Assembly (NCBI GenBank): GCA_050950505.1 | Contig: JBMNHS010000001.1 | Location: forward strand, 192,001 to 256,000 | Direction: 5' to 3' | Origin: Candidatus Methanomethylophilaceae archaeon | Lineage (GTDB): Archaea; Thermoplasmatota; Thermoplasmata; Methanomassiliicoccales; Methanomethylophilaceae | Length of the DNA stretch: 64,000 nucleotides | Part shown: piece by piece, positions 19,772 to 29,113 of the stretch | Numbering within the stretch: the first letter of the stretch is position 1 | Layout of the letters: each line of letters opens with the position of its first letter | Notes under the pieces: model-generated | What the model was told of the DNA's origin: nothing | What the model saw: only the letters and a program-made list of their open reading frames with translations | Database searches by the model: none | Position numbers and translations under genes: made by a program

Positions 19772-22621
19772 TTATGCTCTCCTCCATATCAGGAACACTA
19801 CCGCAATCGCAAGCACAATGCCCGCGGCCAATATGATGACCGCATGCACCGAGCTGAAGACACCGTCGTCCTCCGCAGGAGGTTCCTCGGAAATTCCTTC
19901 CGCCAGCACGAATGTCGAACAGTGGGTCAGTCCGAAAGAAATCATGCCGCCGGACACCACCAGATTTTCGGCCTGCAACTCCAGCGCTCCGGTTTCTTCA
20001 TTGTAGAAGAACAGGTTCAGAACCGTTCCGTCTTCATATGTGTCGGACACACGGTAGGATATGACGGCGTTGTTGGGCAGTTCTCCGCTGGCGGCGAAGT
20101 TTAGCACCAACGGGTTCTCCATATCGAGTTTGCCGATTGCGGAGGTTATGGCTTCGCTGGATTCCGTTTTGGAAATTCCCAGTTTGAGGGTTCCGGCGTT
20201 TTCTTTGTATTCCCCGTCAAAGGACCAGGAATACTGAACCTCACCGTTGTCATCCAACACGTTTACGACCAGAGGTTTGTCAAGATCTTTGAACAGATTG
20301 TTGTTCAACACCGTATCCGTCGCTGAGCTCTTCACGTTCAGAACCGGGGTTTCCTCCTGTTCGATCAAATCCGCGAATTCGTCTTCCGACGGGAGATCCT
20401 CATAGATTATCGGAGTCCATACCGCGTAGAGAACCGTGTCGGATGTGACGACGTAAGGTTCGGCGACCAAGGCCCCTCCGGGGGTTAATGACCATCCTGC
20501 CAAAACGTGCGTCGCCTTCGATATGCCTTGTGTCGGCAATTCGAGTTCATCGCCGTCGGCCGCGAAGACGTCATCGATTGAACCTACGCCTCCGTTGGCA
20601 TCAAAGGTAACGCGGTTGCCCGTAACCGTCACTTCGCACCATGATATGGGGGCTCCGAAGACTTCGGCTATTATGCCGTATTCGTCCGCGACCGACTCAC
20701 GGTACGCACACACGTAGTATACTCCCGGTTCCGGGAAGGAGAACGTATAGACGTAGTCATCGCCGACCAGTGCCTCCGTGACAGCCAGTCCGGTCAATTC
20801 TGATATCTGAATGTTTTTGACCGGATTCACTGTGTAGTAGAAGGACAGACCTTCAAAGGTTATGGACGGCAGCCAATACGGTTTTTCGGGATTGGTGGGG
20901 ACAGTCAGCGAAATCTCTTCATCGAAACCCGCTTCGGTCTTCACTTTGTCGAAGGTCGTGAGCCCGTTTATGAAATAATTGAACAGATTCGCTTCCGCGT
21001 AACAGCCTTCTTCAATCGGTACTTCTGTGTGAAGGTCTTCTACCATCACCCCGTCAAGGAAGTATGTCATGTCGAAGAAATCAAAATCTTTGAACTCTAC
21101 ACCCCAAAACTTTGTGTTCCATCCGCTTGCGGAAAACACAAACAGGGAAGACACTTCGTCCGTTTCGAAAAAGTCCTCATGGGCTGCCACGAAAAGATGT
21201 GTGAGCGTTGCCCCTTCCGAGACGGTGCTGCACTGTTTCTTGCTGTATCCGTAAGGCTCCAGATCGAACCCGTTCTTGTTGAACGTGACCGTGTACGGAG
21301 ACGTGAAGATCAGGGAATCCTGCGATACGGAGAATTTAGCCGACATCATTTCAGCGGGGATTGCATCATATTCCGGACTCAAAGTTATGTTTTCGGTTAC
21401 GTTGGTAAATTCTCCCGACCATCCCAAGAATACATAGTCGTGAGTTCTGGATCTTTTACCGGGGGCGTCGGTCGGTGCCGATGCGTCCTCGCCGAGAGAC
21501 ACGGTTTCAGTGTAGTACACAGAGTCGTAGCCGTCAAGGAAAGTCACGGTGAAAGTGGGTATCACTTCTTCCGTGACCGCTTCGTATTCACAGTTTTCAG
21601 TCACCTCCGAGATGTCGGGAGTCCATCCGGTTATTATGTATTCATTGCCCGCATCGTCAACCCATCCCATGTCTCCCTTGTATTCGGGAATCAAACCTTC
21701 GCTGTAACACTCGTCGGTTTCAACCCCGTCAACCGACCATGTAATTTTGTACACGGACATTGACGCGGTTGCAGTCAACGATGGAATTCCGATGGGTTGA
21801 CAGATGGCCACTATATCGTAATCTCCGGGATTCAGATTCTTTTTCAGAACAGATACCGAAAAGGAACCGTCATTTTCCGAAATGCACATTCCCGATGCGA
21901 TTTTGGTGGTGCCGGACGTTATCTGAACTTCGACATTGGTGTTTCCGTAGTAGTTTCCGAAGGTCCCGGCAATGCCGAAGAGTTCATTGACGTACTCCGT
22001 TTTCGACAACGTGGCTTTGATGGTGACGATTACTGTGCATTCTGCTTCCAGATCGCCGATGGTGACTTTTATTTTGGCCTCGCCTTCGGATATTGCCGTG
22101 ATGTTGCCTTCATCGTCCACCGAAACCTTTGACGGATCCGAGGACGACCATATCATGGGATAGTGTACCGTCGCAGGAATGGTTTCAGCCTCTAATTTGA
22201 ATGAATTTCCTACAACAAGCACTTTTTCCGATACGTTCAGATTTATGGATTCGGTCTCAAAAACTTCCATCTGTTTCGATATAGTCACGGAAGGCTTTCC
22301 GACGGGGAGGCTGATTGCCACTATGTCGTATACACCCGCTTCCAATCCTTCTTTTTTGATGGAAACCGAGAAAAATCCGTTATTGTCCGTTATGCATATT
22401 CCCGAAACCACGGTGGTGGTTCCGGACATCACCCTCACTTCCGTATGGGAATCCGCATAGCCGATTTCAAAATGCCCCGACACATCGATTATGCCGTCGA
22501 AATAACTCGCATCGACGATTTCTGACGTGTCTCCGTCGGCGTTTGCAGGGGGTATCGCCATTACAAATACCGACGATAACATCGCTATGAGTATAATTGC
22601 GGCGATTTTCTTATTTTTCAA
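19772..22621 (-). CDS. Adhesin-like surface protein (Big_2 Ig domain, InlB B-type repeats, C-terminal TM)
   Basis: WSSSDPSKVSVDDEGNITAISEGEAKI, VTFDANGG..LAGWS, duplicated N-terminal Ig module, THCSTFVL, TM plus RRA. Confidence 0.85.
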   Translation of the reverse strand: MKNKKIAAIILIAMLSSVFVMAIPPANADGDTSEIVDASYFDGIIDVSGHFEIGYADSHTEVRVMSGTTTVVSGICITDNNGFFSVSIKKEGLEAGVYDIVAISLPVGKPSVTISKQMEVFETESINLNVSEKVLVVGNSFKLEAETIPATVHYPMIWSSSDPSKVSVDDEGNITAISEGEAKIKVTIGDLEAECTVIVTIKATLSKTEYVNELFGIAGTFGNYYGNTNVEVQITSGTTKIASGMCISENDGSFSVSVLKKNLNPGDYDIVAICQPIGIPSLTATASMSVYKITWSVDGVETDECYSEGLIPEYKGDMGWVDDAGNEYIITGWTPDISEVTENCEYEAVTEEVIPTFTVTFLDGYDSVYYTETVSLGEDASAPTDAPGKRSRTHDYVFLGWSGEFTNVTENITLSPEYDAIPAEMMSAKFSVSQDSLIFTSPYTVTFNKNGFDLEPYGYSKKQCSTVSEGATLTHLFVAAHEDFFETDEVSSLFVFSASGWNTKFWGVEFKDFDFFDMTYFLDGVMVEDLHTEVPIEEGCYAEANLFNYFINGLTTFDKVKTEAGFDEEISLTVPTNPEKPYWLPSITFEGLSFYYTVNPVKNIQISELTGLAVTEALVGDDYVYTFSFPEPGVYYVCAYRESVADEYGIIAEVFGAPISWCEVTVTGNRVTFDANGGVGSIDDVFAADGDELELPTQGISKATHVLAGWSLTPGGALVAEPYVVTSDTVLYAVWTPIIYEDLPSEDEFADLIEQEETPVLNVKSSATDTVLNNNLFKDLDKPLVVNVLDDNGEVQYSWSFDGEYKENAGTLKLGISKTESSEAITSAIGKLDMENPLVLNFAASGELPNNAVISYRVSDTYEDGTVLNLFFYNEETGALELQAENLVVSGGMISFGLTHCSTFVLAEGISEEPPAEDDGVFSSVHAVIILAAGIVLAIAVVFLIWRRA

Positions 22622-22698
22622 TTTTTCACTTCCTTTGCTGATTTGTCATTTTCACTGAGATTGTTTCCTGTGTCACAATTTGACTTTATGAAAATTTT

Positions 22699-22732
22699 CC
22701 GGACAGGATTTCCTTTCGGGCGTCCTGTCCGG
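22699..22732. repeat. 10-bp inverted repeat between two surface-protein genes
   Basis: CCGGACAGGA-N14-TCCTGTCCGG. Confidence 0.65.
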
Positions 22733-22751
22733 GTTTATGTTTCTGAAACGC

Positions 22752-25700
22752 TCAGTCTGTCACACTCACCTCCTGCATTGTGCTTCCGTAGGTTATGGAC
22801 CCGCCGTCAAAGTCAGGCATGCCATCGTAAATGAGGGCGTACACCTTGACAGGAGTGTCCGTGTAAGAGAAGTCCAGTACGGACGAACCCACTCCGCGGT
22901 TGAGAACGATGTCGGAGTACACGTGCATGAACGTGTGATCGGAGTACTCCGTCCACACGCAGATTACGGGGTTGTCTATATTCTCGAAGTTCTTGCCTCC
23001 CATGCCTACCGTGACTTTAACAGTCAGCTGTTCGCCGTCAAGATTGAGTCCGAGCGATATACTGTATTCCTGTTCGTCGGTGCTTACTTCGTAAACGGGG
23101 AACAGTGTGACATCGGTCGTGATTCTTTCATACGGGATCATGGACACGGTTGCCAACGGATCGTCGGACCAGCCCTTGAACACATATCCGAGTATGCGCA
23201 TCCTTTCGTAGATGCGGGGATCCGGGTCGCTGACATTCTTCGAGCTTTCCTGCGTAACCTCGGCTACCGTATTACCAAAACTATCCTTATATGTTACAAT
23301 CAACGGCCTGTTGAACACTTTGTATTCCGGATTGGTGCCGTTGGCATATAGGTTGGAATCAAAGAATCTCTTTGTGAAACTCATAGTACCCATATTGGAC
23401 GCGGTTCTTTGCGTACCTGATTTGTTGATTCCGTCCGTACCTGTATTCTCAAGGAAGTAACAGGATTGGATTACACAGTCAGAACATATGTACGCAGACT
23501 TGGAAATATCGGAACAGGTCAGCAATCCGGTTGTGTAACATCCTTCTACTATTGCAGCGTTTGTTGCAATTCCGGATACGGCGGTTCCGGTGATGTTGCC
23601 CAAGTTGTAGGATGCGTAGACATAAGTCTTGCCGCCATACGCAGTACTGCTCAGACTGCCCATTATTCCCGCGGCATTGATGCCGTCAACGTCTCCCTTG
23701 TTGGCGCAGTACGACACTTCGGTGATGTACCCTCCGCCACAGATGCCGCCTGCGTTCTCGCCTTCCACTGTCCCTTCGAAGGTGCACCCGTGAATCTTGC
23801 TGTTCACGGACAATCCGACAATACCGCCTGCTCTCTTAGCAGAGAAGACGGTGGCGTAGGATGCGCAGTTCTTCACTTCGGAGTCGGTGATGCTTGAAAC
23901 TATGCCTCCGGCAAAGTTTTTGCTGAGCATGATTCCGTCCGTGGACAGGTTTGCTATGACGGTGCCGTTGTTGGCCACCGAAAATAATCCTGCATAATTG
24001 CTGGTGGATTCGTTGTAGATTCCCGAAACCATGTGGCCGTTTCCGTTGAAATAAACCCCGTTGCCCAAATCGATCGGCGTCCACGGTTTATAGTTCAGGT
24101 TGATATCCTGGCACAGCATAATGTTGGTACCCTTGACGGGTTTGTTCGCGGAGAACCATGCCAATTCGGAGGGCTTGTACACAAGATACGTACCGTTCCA
24201 TATTATGGGCTTTTCCCTCGTAACTCCGTCCCAGTACGGCCCGGAGGACTGTTCTCCCATGTCAACGGTTACCGTTTGTTCGTTGGTTTCGTTGGTAACG
24301 GAGAAGGAACCCGTCTTCATGGCATAACCGTCGGCAGTGACGACGTAATCGTAACTTCCGTAGGAGAGTTTGTACACTCCGTCCTCAGGCGCCATGACTT
24401 TGCCGTTTCCTGTCACAACAATGTCGGCGTTATCAACCGATACGTTGAACGACACATCGAAGGGTACTGCCTCCGTGATGCCCTCAATGACTATTTCCGG
24501 CAATACACCGAAATAAGCGTTGCGGGTCAGCGCGGTAAAGTTGGGCGGAAGTCCAACATGGGGATCTAAGTTTCTGTGGTTTCCGTATTCGTCACCGAAA
24601 CCTCCTTCGTTTATGATTCCCCTGGTCAACGTGAGCGTGTCCTTATCCCAATCCTCAGGAATCGTCACGGTAAAGGAATTCATACCCGCGAAACCGTAGT
24701 TTCCGAATCCTGAATAAAGTTTACCGATGGTGCCGATTTCGGATTCGTACAACAGCGTACAGCCCATATTGTAAATCGCGGCCAGCTTTATCGCGGGTTG
24801 GTAGAGGTTGCCTATGGTTACAGTTACGTTGTCACCGTATTTTATCGGAATACCGGGTCCTGCGGCGTTCTCTATCGTATAGGTCACGGGCTTTGCAGTC
24901 ATTACCTGATATTTTGTCTGACTTCCGTTGGTTATGGAAACTATGTTCCGTCCCTCGGTCAACGTTACGGTGAACGTGCCGTCTCCGTTATCCTTCGCGA
25001 CTCCATTTGTGAATCCGTCCACCATACGTTCTCCGATGATAGGGTTCAGAACCGAAACGGTACTGCCGCTCTCGGGTTCAAATGTGTATTTGAATCCGCC
25101 GGTGTCTTCAAGATAATAGAATACATCCAATTCGGAATCCACATAAATTCCCGACATTTTGTTATTGTTTCCGTTATAGGACTCGTTAACTTTCATTCCG
25201 GTTTCGAAATCAGGTCTGTCGTCACCGACGGTGACTACAAACACTCCGGTGTTTTCAGGCCACAGGGCACTGAAGAACAAAGCGGGAGTATTTCCCGAGG
25301 GGCCGAGAGTTATTCCGTCGTAGGTCACGAGCACGATTGCGGTTCCTTTCGAATCTGCACTGACTACGTAATGACCTATTGTCGAATCGAATACAATCGA
25401 AACGGTATCACTGGGTTTTCCGTCCATGCCGAGAACCGTGAAATATTTGTCCGGTTCAAAGAAATAGTTCGCAGTCACTCCGTGTTGCGCTTGGAACACT
25501 TTTGTAGCTATCAGAATGTGTTCATCGCCCACATCCATCATAAGGTGCCCCTCTGCGTTTATGTTCAAAAGTACATCCGCAACACCCATGCTGGACTGGG
25601 TGCCCGATAAATCTCGTACAATCGTATCTTTGCTTATATCGGATCCGTACCCCAAATCCTCCAGGGAGATTGCCAGATTCATATCCCCCTTGGCCATCGT

Positions 25701-27083
25701 GAAGTTGGTCGCATATGTTACATAATCGTCGCCACTCACTCTGTAATTGTACTGAGTGCCGCCGGCGAGACGGTATGTGTAGGTTGCGGTGAACCTTTTT
25801 TCATCCACGACGGGGGATCCGTTATGTTCGAATTCCAAATAGGGTATGTAGTGGTTGAATTTGTAACCGACAAACACATCGGCATCTTTCGGAACCGTAA
25901 TATTGAAGTCATAACCTATGTTAACAGCAACGTTTACGTTAAGATTTCCCGTATTGGTGTTGCTTCCCAGGGCGGGCAGATATCCCTCATTGGTTCTTAC
26001 CGAAGAGGGAACAAGCTTGTAGAATATCGTGCTACCGTAAGGGACGATGATTCTTGTGGCTTGATTACCGTCTATTTCGCCCGAGATTATCGGTGTATGG
26101 TCGCCGAAAGTAACTTCTACGGTGTAATCGACGCCGTTTTTCCAGTTGGCGTTATTGGATTTAACGGTACCGGCAACAACATTCAGTTCTCTGTTGCCTT
26201 CTCTGAGTTCAACTTCCAATTCCCCGAAAGACATTATGCGTGCGGCATCTTTGGGATCTGGACCTTCGACTTTGAGCGTCCATTTTCCATCAGGAACCGG
26301 GAATGTTTTGCTAAGTTTGGAAATAGTGGAAACGAGGAATACTTCATCGGAGTCGTCCGTCAGAGTGAATTTCGTTCCCGCCGTGGATTTGATCAAAATG
26401 AAATTGCCGTCATCGATGACGGATATGTCGCAAGATACGGATTTTTCTCCTACGGTTGCGGTTATCGCGGTTGTTCCTTTGCTTTTGGGAGTGACAAGTC
26501 CGCTTTCATTGATTTCGGCAACGGTTTTTTTGCTTGATTCATACACGACGGTGTCTCCAGCGGAGAATCCGAACTGAAGCTGCACCGGAACGTTGATGTC
26601 CACAGAAATCTTGTAGCCGTCCTCAACTTCGTAGGAAGGAGTGTCGACGGTCACTGTGCAAATTGCCGAAACATCATCATTCAACTTGACGGTGATTATT
26701 GCTTCACCCGCGGAATGTGCTTCCATATGCAACTGCTTGAGTGTGCCCCATTCGATAAAGGCTGTTACAACGCTCGGGTTGCTCGATACCGCAGTAGCGA
26801 CATCAGTGGTATTCGTTGGCGTCACGGTGAAATTGAAAAATGCTTTTTCACCTATATTCAGACTTTTCGAAGAAGTCAGATTTATACCCGTCGCCGGAAT
26901 TTCATCTATTAAGGCACTGTCTGCAAAGATTGTTCCGTCCTGCAGAAAATTGCCGTTTGCGGAGCCGTCGTCAAAATTATCCGACAGTCCCCACACGCCG
27001 GCACCCAATACTGCAAAGGGTCCGGCGATCATCATTAACGCAACCACGGTTGCGAGAAATTTTTCTTTTTTCATTGATGACAT
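22752..27083 (-). CDS. Large surface/adhesin-like protein (Big_2 domains, GLUG-like repeats)
   Basis: 1443 aa; SSNPSVVT and SSKKTVAEINESGLVT Ig-like units; AGGIVG/AGGICG repeats; signal peptide. Confidence 0.85.
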   Translation of the reverse strand: MSSMKKEKFLATVVALMMIAGPFAVLGAGVWGLSDNFDDGSANGNFLQDGTIFADSALIDEIPATGINLTSSKSLNIGEKAFFNFTVTPTNTTDVATAVSSNPSVVTAFIEWGTLKQLHMEAHSAGEAIITVKLNDDVSAICTVTVDTPSYEVEDGYKISVDINVPVQLQFGFSAGDTVVYESSKKTVAEINESGLVTPKSKGTTAITATVGEKSVSCDISVIDDGNFILIKSTAGTKFTLTDDSDEVFLVSTISKLSKTFPVPDGKWTLKVEGPDPKDAARIMSFGELEVELREGNRELNVVAGTVKSNNANWKNGVDYTVEVTFGDHTPIISGEIDGNQATRIIVPYGSTIFYKLVPSSVRTNEGYLPALGSNTNTGNLNVNVAVNIGYDFNITVPKDADVFVGYKFNHYIPYLEFEHNGSPVVDEKRFTATYTYRLAGGTQYNYRVSGDDYVTYATNFTMAKGDMNLAISLEDLGYGSDISKDTIVRDLSGTQSSMGVADVLLNINAEGHLMMDVGDEHILIATKVFQAQHGVTANYFFEPDKYFTVLGMDGKPSDTVSIVFDSTIGHYVVSADSKGTAIVLVTYDGITLGPSGNTPALFFSALWPENTGVFVVTVGDDRPDFETGMKVNESYNGNNNKMSGIYVDSELDVFYYLEDTGGFKYTFEPESGSTVSVLNPIIGERMVDGFTNGVAKDNGDGTFTVTLTEGRNIVSITNGSQTKYQVMTAKPVTYTIENAAGPGIPIKYGDNVTVTIGNLYQPAIKLAAIYNMGCTLLYESEIGTIGKLYSGFGNYGFAGMNSFTVTIPEDWDKDTLTLTRGIINEGGFGDEYGNHRNLDPHVGLPPNFTALTRNAYFGVLPEIVIEGITEAVPFDVSFNVSVDNADIVVTGNGKVMAPEDGVYKLSYGSYDYVVTADGYAMKTGSFSVTNETNEQTVTVDMGEQSSGPYWDGVTREKPIIWNGTYLVYKPSELAWFSANKPVKGTNIMLCQDINLNYKPWTPIDLGNGVYFNGNGHMVSGIYNESTSNYAGLFSVANNGTVIANLSTDGIMLSKNFAGGIVSSITDSEVKNCASYATVFSAKRAGGIVGLSVNSKIHGCTFEGTVEGENAGGICGGGYITEVSYCANKGDVDGINAAGIMGSLSSTAYGGKTYVYASYNLGNITGTAVSGIATNAAIVEGCYTTGLLTCSDISKSAYICSDCVIQSCYFLENTGTDGINKSGTQRTASNMGTMSFTKRFFDSNLYANGTNPEYKVFNRPLIVTYKDSFGNTVAEVTQESSKNVSDPDPRIYERMRILGYVFKGWSDDPLATVSMIPYERITTDVTLFPVYEVSTDEQEYSISLGLNLDGEQLTVKVTVGMGGKNFENIDNPVICVWTEYSDHTFMHVYSDIVLNRGVGSSVLDFSYTDTPVKVYALIYDGMPDFDGGSITYGSTMQEVSVTD

Positions 27084-27187
27084 GTGTTCACCTTGATTTC
27101 CCGGACGGGAAAACCTGACCTTTTTTACAGGTCGGATTTCTCAATATTACTTCGTCCAAGAGATATCCTGTCGATTTTTATGAGACA

Positions 27188-27215
27188 ATTTAAAGAGATG
27201 CGGTATTGGTTGGAT
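27188..27215 (-). promoter_or_regulatory. Putative promoter: ATCCAACCAAT-N10-TTTAAAT
   Basis: Second copy of the motif at 19576-19603, about 122 bp upstream of the ATG at 27083. Confidence 0.6.
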
Positions 27216-27352
27216 ACTACTGCCAATTTATTACGCGGTTGTCAACAACAGCAAGCATTCCGGGTTTTTGAATTGGTCATGTCCCTCCCCGTCGGTAATC
27301 GGCGAACCACGCAAACCGCGGATATTTTGAAATCTGGGATGATAATGCCTGG

Positions 27353-27470
27353 AAGTCGTCAGAATAAATAGGGAATTATGCCCAAAAGTCCTAGGAAAAA
27401 GTAGGGGATATCATCAAAAAGTCGTCAGAAAAAGTAGGGGATTGTACCTAAAAGTCCTAAGAAAAAATAG
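27353..27470. repeat. Degenerate 33-bp tandem repeat, about 3.6 copies
   Basis: AAGTC recurs at 27353, 27386, 27419, 27452; units alternate AAGTCGTCAGAA.. and AAGTCCTA(G/A)GAA.. Confidence 0.85.
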
Positions 27471-27647
27471 TAAAGTATGCGAACTGGCTGTGTTGTACAC
27501 ACATACAGAGAAGAAAAATTAAAACCGCAATCCGATTGACATAACCTGAATTCGGGTTTTCACCTCAACAAACAGTTCCGGAACTCCGAATGTATCGTTG
27601 ACTGTGTATCTATGTGAGGGAACGCGCCCCTCCCACTTAATCTGTTT

Positions 27648-28856
27648 TTATGAATCGTCCATCAACAGCCAATCAATCAAATTCATATGAACGATTCCGT
27701 CGCCCGGTTCAATCATAATCCGGTCTAGCGATAATATCGTCTTCGGATAACTGTCGGATATCATTTTAAGAGAACGGATTTCTCTTTCCGACACGTTCTC
27801 GGAAATCATTGATCTTGTCACCTGATAATATTCCACCCTGCGATTTTTGAACGCAATAAAATCCACTTCCGCATCCCGGAAACTGCCTACCATGACATCA
27901 TATCCTCTTCTGCGCAATTCCAGATAGACGATATTCTCAATCTGCTTTCCCAGGTCATCGCCTTTCCATCCCATCATGGCATTTCTCACACCCAGATCGG
28001 CGGCATAATATTTCTCATTGGAACTAAGTACACGTTTTCCGCGAACATCGTAACGTTCGGCCTTATAGATTATGTAGGCCTCTTCCAGGGAATTGACGTA
28101 ATTCCGAATCATGGGTGATGACACCCCGAGCTGTTTGGATATCGTATGTATATTTGTTATGCTGCCAACGTTAAAAAACAGAAACCGTACAAGACTCAAA
28201 AGAATCCCCATGTTTCGGATCCCGTTTCTCGTAAGGACGTCCTTTACCAATACCGTGTTGTATATCCCTTGCAGTTGTTCCCCGATGCGGTCTTCGTCGG
28301 CGCGGGGGTCGATTGAGGGTAAAGCTCCGTATCTAAGATATGAATCGAATCCGGATTCGGCAGAATTGAATCCCGGATGTAATTTCAAATACTCTTTGAA
28401 CGACAGAGGAAGCATCTTGATCTCCGCATACCGTCCGGAGATGTATGTGGCCAACTCGGAAGAAAGAAGGTATGCGTTGGAACCCGTTATGTAAACATCG
28501 GCATCGTAATCCACCATGAGGGAATTGAGCGTTCTTTCCCATTCCTTCACCCTCTGCACTTCATCCAGCAGAATATACGTGCGTTTGTCTCTCGGAATGC
28601 GTTCGCAGATGTAGGCGTTGAGATCTTTGCTGTCTCTTATGTCTTCGGCATCTCCTGATTCCAGGTTGAGATACAGTATATCATCTGAGTCAACGCCGGA
28701 TTCTTCCAGCATGTTTATGAACTGCATCATCAGCGTGGATTTTCCGCACCTCCGTATTCCTGTTATGACTTTTGCGACGTCGGTACGGTCTTTCCATCCG
28801 CTTAGTTTTTTGAGATATTCTGTCCTCTCCACGGTTCCGTCCGATTTTATCATCAC
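27648..28856 (-). CDS. AAA_14 ATPase with DUF4143 domain
   Basis: GIRRCGKST, LLDEVQ, ITGSNAYLLSSELAT, KYYAADLG, EVDFIA..YYQV. Confidence 0.92.
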   Translation of the reverse strand: MMIKSDGTVERTEYLKKLSGWKDRTDVAKVITGIRRCGKSTLMMQFINMLEESGVDSDDILYLNLESGDAEDIRDSKDLNAYICERIPRDKRTYILLDEVQRVKEWERTLNSLMVDYDADVYITGSNAYLLSSELATYISGRYAEIKMLPLSFKEYLKLHPGFNSAESGFDSYLRYGALPSIDPRADEDRIGEQLQGIYNTVLVKDVLTRNGIRNMGILLSLVRFLFFNVGSITNIHTISKQLGVSSPMIRNYVNSLEEAYIIYKAERYDVRGKRVLSSNEKYYAADLGVRNAMMGWKGDDLGKQIENIVYLELRRRGYDVMVGSFRDAEVDFIAFKNRRVEYYQVTRSMISENVSEREIRSLKMISDSYPKTILSLDRIMIEPGDGIVHMNLIDWLLMDDS

Positions 28857-28879
28857 GTATACACCGTATTGCCTCTATA

Positions 28880-28967
28880 AATTTTTAAGTATAGTTCAAA
28901 AATCTGTCAAATATTCAAAAATTTAAATCATACTTAAAAATTCTGCAAGAATTACAGAATTTTGAAC
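28880..28967. promoter_or_regulatory. Interleaved inverted repeats upstream of the AAA/DUF4143 gene (operator-like)
   Basis: AATTTTTAAGTAT (28880) / ATACTTAAAAATT (28930) perfect 13 bp; GTTCAAAAATCTGT (28894) / ACAGAATTTTGAAC (28954) 13 of 14. Confidence 0.55.
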
Positions 28968-29113
28968 CGTATCTATCCGATACAATGGGATCTGCGATGT
29001 GGTAAGTCACCGTTTTCAGTTCCTCATCATCCGGTTCTGTAATCGATTCATTATAGGTTTTGCAGAGATCTCCGGGATTGTTCACACGGACTTCAAGGCA
29101 TCAGACAAATTGT

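Noticed and set aside
27084-27350. Cobalamin riboswitch upstream of the surface cluster
   Set aside because: I could not identify the B12-box or core consensus by eye; an Infernal search is needed. Only hairpins and the promoter motif are reported
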